Shown one piece after another: positions 58,759 through 64,000 of a DNA stretch of 64,000 nt; position 1 is the stretch's first letter, and the number at the start of each line of letters is the position of its first letter. A program made the translations under genes and the position numbers. Where the stretch lies: positions 512,001 through 576,000 of the forward strand of contig OZ220089.1 in the NCBI GenBank assembly GCA_964291625.2, written 5' to 3'. The DNA comes from Candidatus Latescibacterota bacterium. GTDB lineage: Bacteria; Latescibacterota; UBA2968; UBA8231. The notes below the pieces were generated by a model, which did not search any database, was not told the DNA's origin, and saw nothing but the letters and a program-made list of their open reading frames with translations.

Positions 58759-60615
58759 ATGGAGGCCCTGACCAGCCGGCTGGCGGAGGCTTCCCCCGGC
58801 GAGGTCCGCGACCTCGTGGCGGCGGCCGTTGCCCGGGCCCGCGAAAGCCATTCCTCCCGGTCCGAACGCCGCGCCTTCCTGCGCGGCCTGGTCCTCTCCC
58901 CCGGTCTGGCCCGGTCGCTGCAGACGGGGGCGGCCATCGATGCCCTGCGCGGGTCCCTGTCCTCCGGAGAGTGGGAGCAGCTCTTCGGCCCGGCGGCGGC
59001 GGAGGAGCTTCCCGGGCTCCTGGTGGCCGTGGTGGACGGACGGATCGACGTGGACCACGAGGACATCCTCTCCCTGGCCCCGGGAGACGGCGCGGCGCTG
59101 GCCGCCTCGGTCGGGGAGTTGTCGGCCTACGTCAGCGCCCTCGAGGGCAGCCGCCGACGGCTGCGGGGCATGCGCGCGGCCGTCATCCTCGCCTCCCTCT
59201 ACCGGCGGCTGCAGGACGGCGGGGCCTGGAGACGGCGGACGATTCCCGCCTGCGCCATCGACGGCCCCTGGATCGCGGCTCTGAAGGAGAAGAAGGCGGC
59301 CGCCGAGCTTCCCGCGGCGTACGAGGTCCGGGTGAACGAGCTGCAGCGCGAGGACATGCGCCGCGCCCTCGCAGAAGCCGCCGGTCCTCCTCCCGAGGCC
59401 GCATCGCTGGCCGCCGCCGACGGCGGCACCTTGTTCGAGGTGCGCGCCCCCCTGCGCCTCGGCCTGTCGAGCGCCAACGCCTCGGACAACCACATCCGCA
59501 GCAAGGAGCAGGGCGGCAAGACGCTGAACGCCGGCATCGCCCTCCAGGCCGGCGATTCCGGAGAGGTCGCGCCGCCGCTCCGCGTCGGCGTCCGGCCCCT
59601 GCCCGAGCCTCGGCTCGTGCTGCGCTCCCGCTCCGCCGACTTCCGGGCCGACTTCGAGATCGACCGCCGCGGAGACGCCGGGATCCAGAGCGAGCTGTTC
59701 TTCGCCTACCGCCGCGGCGGCGACGAGGCCCTGCGCATGGTCAAGCAGGGACTGGTGCACACGGGGGTCGTCCGTCCCGACTCCGAAGACGTGGTCGGCG
59801 ACGTGGCCGCCTTCTGCGGCGGCGGCGGCCTCGAGATCACCACGTCCTGCACCGTGCAGCAGGGGTCCGGCCTCGGCACCAGCAGCATCCTTGCGGCGGC
59901 GGTCCTCAAGCTCCTCTACCGCCTCGTGGGCCACCCCGCCGGCAGAGAGAACGGAGAGTATCCGGGGCTCTACGATCAGAGCGTGCTCCTCGAGCAGTCC
60001 ATCGGCCTGAACTCGGGATGGCAGGACGCCCGCGGGGCCCGGGGAGGACCGAGCGCGGTGAAGGACTTCTACGCGCCTCCCACCGACGGCCTGCCGGCGC
60101 CCGAGCTGACCTACGTCGACGTCGACGCCGAGGAGTTCCACCGCCGCGTGGTGCTCTTCGACACCGGCATCGCCCGGGCCGCCACCCGCGGCCTGAACGT
60201 GGTCATGGACGCCTACCTGTCCCGCCGGCGCGGGCGCTACGGGGCGATCCGCGAGTCCCTGTCGATCCACGACGAGATGGTCGAGGCCCTGGGCGCCGGC
60301 GACTACCCCGCCCTCGGGAGGCTGGCCAGCCGCTACTGGCAGCTGCGCTGCATCCTCGATCCGGAGGCCACCAGCCCCGCCATTCAGCAGCTCTTCGAGC
60401 CGCCGCTCTCCGACCTCACCGAAGGGGGAGCCCTCTCCGGCGCCGGCGGCGGCGGCTTCGGTCTCCTCGTCTGCCGCGAGGGCGAAGAGGAGCGCCTCCA
60501 CTCGTGTCTGAGGAAGCTGAGGGACCAGAGGGCCTATGCCCGGTCCGCCGTCGTCGCCTACCGCCTCGACGCCACCGGGCTGAAACTGACCGAGAGCCAA
60601 CCACCGCCGCCGTAG
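58759..60615 (+). CDS. GHMP-family sugar kinase (fucokinase/HddA-like) with N-terminal helical extension
   Basis: RAPLRLGL, QGSGLGTSS, SGWQD, SGAGGGGF. Confidence 0.85.
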   Translation: MEALTSRLAEASPGEVRDLVAAAVARARESHSSRSERRAFLRGLVLSPGLARSLQTGAAIDALRGSLSSGEWEQLFGPAAAEELPGLLVAVVDGRIDVDHEDILSLAPGDGAALAASVGELSAYVSALEGSRRRLRGMRAAVILASLYRRLQDGGAWRRRTIPACAIDGPWIAALKEKKAAAELPAAYEVRVNELQREDMRRALAEAAGPPPEAASLAAADGGTLFEVRAPLRLGLSSANASDNHIRSKEQGGKTLNAGIALQAGDSGEVAPPLRVGVRPLPEPRLVLRSRSADFRADFEIDRRGDAGIQSELFFAYRRGGDEALRMVKQGLVHTGVVRPDSEDVVGDVAAFCGGGGLEITTSCTVQQGSGLGTSSILAAAVLKLLYRLVGHPAGRENGEYPGLYDQSVLLEQSIGLNSGWQDARGARGGPSAVKDFYAPPTDGLPAPELTYVDVDAEEFHRRVVLFDTGIARAATRGLNVVMDAYLSRRRGRYGAIRESLSIHDEMVEALGAGDYPALGRLASRYWQLRCILDPEATSPAIQQLFEPPLSDLTEGGALSGAGGGGFGLLVCREGEEERLHSCLRKLRDQRAYARSAVVAYRLDATGLKLTESQPPPP

Positions 60616-60634
60616 TCAACACGGAGAAGACGGC

Positions 60635-61402
60635 ATGCTGATGCAGGACTGCGCCGGTTTCGTCACCGGCGTCGCCAACCACCGGAGCATCGCCTGGGCC
60701 ACGGCCCGGGCTCTCGACCGCGAGGGCGCCCGGCTGGCCCTCGGATACCTGGGAGAGCGGGAGCTGGAGAGCATCGAGCGCATCACCGGCCAGTTGCGGC
60801 AGCCGCCCCTGCTGGTGCAGTGCGACGTCACCGACGACGAGTCGGTGACCTCCGCCTTCGAGGTCGTCGGCCGGGAGATGGGGTCCCTCGACTGCCTGGT
60901 CCACGCCATCGCCTTCGCCCGCCGGGAGGATCTGGACGGCCGTTTCGCGGACACCAGCCGCAGCGGCTACGACCTGGCCCTCGGCGTCAGCGCCTACTCG
61001 CTGAACGTCCTGGTGCGCGGCGCCGAGCCGCTGATGAAGCCGGGCGCCGGCGTCGTCGCCCTCACCTACCTGGGCAGCGAGCGGGCGATCCCCCGGTACA
61101 ACGTCATGGGCGTGGCCAAGGCCGCCCTGGAGTCGGGCATCCGCTACCTGGCCAGCGAGCTGGGGGAGAAGGAAATCCGCGTCAACGGGCTCTCGGCCGG
61201 GCCGATCCGCACCCTGGCGGCGCGCGGCATCCGCGATTTCAACGCCATGCTCCGCGTCCACGCCGAGCGCGCCGCCCTCAAGCGCAACAACGAGGTCGAC
61301 GAGATCGGCGACGCGGCCCTGTTCCTGTGCAGCCGGCTGAGCCGCGGGATGACGGGCGAGGTGATGTACGTCGACGCCGGCTACCGCATCATGGGCCTGT
61401 AG
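60635..61402 (+). CDS. fabI: Enoyl-ACP reductase
   Basis: GVANHRSIAW, HAIAFA, LTYLGS, YNVMGVAKAALE, AGPIRTLAA. Confidence 0.95.
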   Translation: MLMQDCAGFVTGVANHRSIAWATARALDREGARLALGYLGERELESIERITGQLRQPPLLVQCDVTDDESVTSAFEVVGREMGSLDCLVHAIAFARREDLDGRFADTSRSGYDLALGVSAYSLNVLVRGAEPLMKPGAGVVALTYLGSERAIPRYNVMGVAKAALESGIRYLASELGEKEIRVNGLSAGPIRTLAARGIRDFNAMLRVHAERAALKRNNEVDEIGDAALFLCSRLSRGMTGEVMYVDAGYRIMGL

Positions 61403-62100
61403 CCCGGCGGCGGCAGGTCGAGTCCGCGCAGCGCCGCCCGGGAGTGGCTGGCGGTGGTATCGTCCCCGCTCCGGGCCAGCGCCTCCAGGTGGACGCGCAG
61501 GAAGGCCGCCTCCTCCGGCACGTCGACGTCGTACCACGGCGGCATCAGTGACAGCCGCAGCCCACCGGGCAGGGCCGCCAGGGTCTGCTCCAGAACCCGG
61601 CCCGTCCCCCACTCGATCCCCCGGAAGACCGCCGGCGCCGCCGACGGCAGCGCCGCCGCCCGCAGACCGATGAGGTAGTAGCCGCCGTCGACGCTGGGGC
61701 CGATGACCACATCGGCCGACCGCAGCCGGCGCAGGGCCTCGTCTATGGACCATGGCGTCAGCGAGGGGCTGTCCGACCCGAGGAGGACGACACGGCCGCA
61801 GCCGGCGCCGACAGCCCGCCGGCAGAGGGCTTCCAGACGCTCTCCCAGCGGGCCTCCGGGCTGCCCCTCGAAGGCGAGTCCCTCGGGCGCGCCGAGGAGT
61901 GCACGCAGGCAGGACTCGCCCCCGGGCGGCTCCACGGCGACGATCTTGAGGCTCGCGGCGGAGGCCGCCAGGGCCTCGGCGCAGTCGCGCAGGAAGGCGG
62001 TGTAGAGCTCCGCCGCCTGGCCGGGGGTCAGCCGCGGCTGCAGCCGCGTCTTCACCCTCCCGGCGCGTGGCTCCCTGGCGAAGAGCACGGCGGCGGTCAG
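61381..62100 (-). CDS. TIGR04282/DUF2064 family glycosyltransferase-like protein
   Basis: FAREP..GRVKTRL, Q.GG.LGERL, GSDSP, GPSVDGGYYLIG, YDVD; start is CTG 62100 or GTG 62088. Confidence 0.85.
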   Translation of the reverse strand: MTAAVLFAREPRAGRVKTRLQPRLTPGQAAELYTAFLRDCAEALAASAASLKIVAVEPPGGESCLRALLGAPEGLAFEGQPGGPLGERLEALCRRAVGAGCGRVVLLGSDSPSLTPWSIDEALRRLRSADVVIGPSVDGGYYLIGLRAAALPSAAPAVFRGIEWGTGRVLEQTLAALPGGLRLSLMPPWYDVDVPEEAAFLRVHLEALARSGDDTTASHSRAALRGLDLPPPGYRPMMR

Positions 62101-62201
62101 GACGGCCCCTCCCGGTTGAAGAGCCGCGAGGAGGGCCGTATCTTCGATGGTTTGCGCACGCCACCCACCCCCTTCAAAATCAGAGGAAGCGGAAGAGACC
62201 G

Positions 62202-63395
62202 ATGGCAGAGGTACATATCATCCGGCACCGCCCCGGCGCCGTGTTCTGCGGCACCTGCGAGGTCGTGCAGATCGACGACGACAGCAAGGTTACCCGCCTC
62301 GTGGAACCCAGCGGCAACGTGGGCACCCAGTACCCCAACGAGGTCGGCTCCGAGTGGTTCGGCACCATCGAGAATCTGAGCGCCGGTCTGACCCTGGGCA
62401 AGGCGCACTGGTCCGACGTGTACAAGACCGACGTCCTGTGGACGACGCCCTCCGCCTCCCGCGATGAGTGCGATCTCCGCAAGAACGACTTCAACGCCGT
62501 GTACGGCGCCATGCTGCAGGCCGTCACCGGGGGGCCGCTGCGCTCCAACCGGATGGCCCGCTTCACGCACCCGGAGGGCTTCCCCGACCCGGCAGCCCTC
62601 TTCGAGGTGCAGATCAAGGCCGCCGCGGGCGACGTCGAGATCGGCGGCGGCCGGCTCGACTTCGGGTCGTGGATCGACCATCAGCCGAGCGGCGCCTCGG
62701 TGATGCACCGCAAGGACGGCGAGACGATCACCACCCTCGGGCCGGACGTAGCCGAGGAGATGACCTTCGTCCTCGAGGAGCAGTACGCCCGCCCCTTCGC
62801 CGAGGCCGGCGTCGACTTCCGCACGCAGACGGTGTGGATGGAGATCCTCGTGGCCGTCGACGACGCACCGGACCAGGCCTGGAGCCGCATCGAGGTCGTT
62901 CGCCAGGTCTTCGAGGACTACTTCGGGGAGCACCGGCCCGCCGGGCTGATCTACCCGGTGTCGCGGATCCCCAACCTCGACGGCGTCGTCGAGCCGCAGC
63001 CCCGCGTCGTCAGCGGCGACGGCGTCGAGATCCTCCGCTCCGGCCGCCTGGAGCACGGCTTCAGTACCTGGACCGCCATCCGCCACGGCGGCATCACCGA
63101 GGCCATGGTGAGCGCCGTCGGCGGAGACGACGCCGGCGAGATCCTCGACGCCGTCGACACCCGCGTGAAGGAGGCCGGAGGCGCGGGGCTGAAGGCCGAC
63201 GGGGTGTTCAACAACGCCTACATCGGCGCCGGCGTCGACTCCGGCGCCAACCGGGAGTCCCTCGCCGCCTTCAATCCCTCTTTCACCCAGTGGTATGAGG
63301 GGACGGTGCCCGCCGGGCGCACGGCCCAGTACGTCGGCGGCGTGCAGCAGTCGGGGTTCGCCTACGGCGTCTCCAACCGGTCGATCTTCGCCTGA
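62202..63395 (+). CDS. Hypothetical protein with up to three Rid/YjgF-like domains
   Basis: DFNAVY...MARF...PDPAALFEVQ; VFEDYFGEHRPA...VSRIP..DGVVE; FNPSFTQWY...PAGRTA. Confidence 0.55.
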   Translation: MAEVHIIRHRPGAVFCGTCEVVQIDDDSKVTRLVEPSGNVGTQYPNEVGSEWFGTIENLSAGLTLGKAHWSDVYKTDVLWTTPSASRDECDLRKNDFNAVYGAMLQAVTGGPLRSNRMARFTHPEGFPDPAALFEVQIKAAAGDVEIGGGRLDFGSWIDHQPSGASVMHRKDGETITTLGPDVAEEMTFVLEEQYARPFAEAGVDFRTQTVWMEILVAVDDAPDQAWSRIEVVRQVFEDYFGEHRPAGLIYPVSRIPNLDGVVEPQPRVVSGDGVEILRSGRLEHGFSTWTAIRHGGITEAMVSAVGGDDAGEILDAVDTRVKEAGGAGLKADGVFNNAYIGAGVDSGANRESLAAFNPSFTQWYEGTVPAGRTAQYVGGVQQSGFAYGVSNRSIFA

Positions 63396-63410
63396 GGAAG
63401 CCGGGGTCCG

Positions 63411-63905
63411 TTGCAGTCCGCAGCGATCGTCGACGAGTTGAAGAGGCAGGGCGTCACCCACGTCGTCGGCCTCCCCGACAACGGCTCGCGGGCCCTCTTC
63501 GAGGCGCTCTGGGCCGACGACGAGATGGAGGTCATCGGCGTCACCCGGGAGGGCGAGGCCTTCGCCGTGGCCAGCGGCCTCTGCCTGGGGGGCGTCACGC
63601 CCGTGGTCATCATCCAGAACACGGGCTTCCTGGAGACCGGCGACGCCTTCCGCGGAACGGCCTACAACATGGGGCTTCCGCTGGTCATGCTCGTCGGGTA
63701 CCGCGGTTTCCAGTCGATGGCCCCGGGCGCCGAGCGCGTCGACACGGCTGCAACCTTCTTCGAGCCGACCCTGAAGGCCTGGGACATTCCCTACTCGGTG
63801 CTCGATGACGAAGGCGACCCCCGCGCGCAGGTGGCCGGGGCCTTCGACCTCGCCCGCGAACGCTCGCTGCCGTCGGCGGTCCTCCTCGTGGGCACCACGG
63901 AATAG
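63411..63905 (+). CDS. TPP-dependent decarboxylase alpha subunit (ComD / phosphonopyruvate decarboxylase-N-like)
   Basis: GVTHVVGLPD, TREGEAFAVASG, IQNTG, LVMLVGYRG. Confidence 0.82.
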   Translation: MQSAAIVDELKRQGVTHVVGLPDNGSRALFEALWADDEMEVIGVTREGEAFAVASGLCLGGVTPVVIIQNTGFLETGDAFRGTAYNMGLPLVMLVGYRGFQSMAPGAERVDTAATFFEPTLKAWDIPYSVLDDEGDPRAQVAGAFDLARERSLPSAVLLVGTTE

Positions 63906-63907
63906 CC

Positions 63908-64000
63908 GTGCTCGACAAGTACCGCTGCCTGAGCAGGCTCGCCGCGGCCCGGCGCGATGGCGACGTGGTGGTCACCACCATGAGCGTCGCCATGCCGTGG
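63908..64000 (+). CDS. TPP-dependent decarboxylase beta subunit (ComE-like), 3'-truncated
   Basis: GTG 2 nt after the alpha-subunit stop; MLDKYRCLSRLAAARRDGDVVVTTM; open to the window end. Confidence 0.6.
   Translation, partial: MLDKYRCLSRLAAARRDGDVVVTTMSVAMPW

Overview
High-GC bacterial window, probably from an FCB-group lineage such as Latescibacterota. This is inferred from an FlgD-Ig C-terminal domain and an 'AVEPSSWARIKASF' tail. Bases 1-8.5 kb form a visibly lower-GC, tightly coupled operon: an actin/Hsp70-fold ATPase (cut by the window edge), a Pro-rich membrane protein, a small membrane protein, a vWA-like lipoprotein, a MotA/ZorA-like protein with a ~400-aa helical tail, a MotB/ZorB-like protein with no OmpA domain, and a secreted HNH/excalibur nuclease. 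This looks like a non-canonical Zorya-like membrane system. Next is a BlaI + two M56 (BlaR1-like) cassette with twin 18-bp operators, ExbD-like sensor domains and a novel repeat, bounded by an ankyrin-containing acyltransferase gene and a relic of its 3' end. The middle is mostly housekeeping: hisS, HU, moaB, RND pump, clpP, mutM, ABC-F, anSME, fhs and a two-component pair. At 49.9-60.6 kb is an unusual operon: a 2472-aa fusion of a split nucleotide-sugar dehydrogenase and an ATP-grasp domain, a second ATP-grasp ligase, and a GHMP sugar kinase. The window ends with fabI, a DUF2064 glycosyltransferase, a triple-Rid-like protein and a ComDE-like TPP decarboxylase pair. No rRNA, tRNA, CRISPR array or transposase was recognised. 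All family calls come from motif reading, not database searches.
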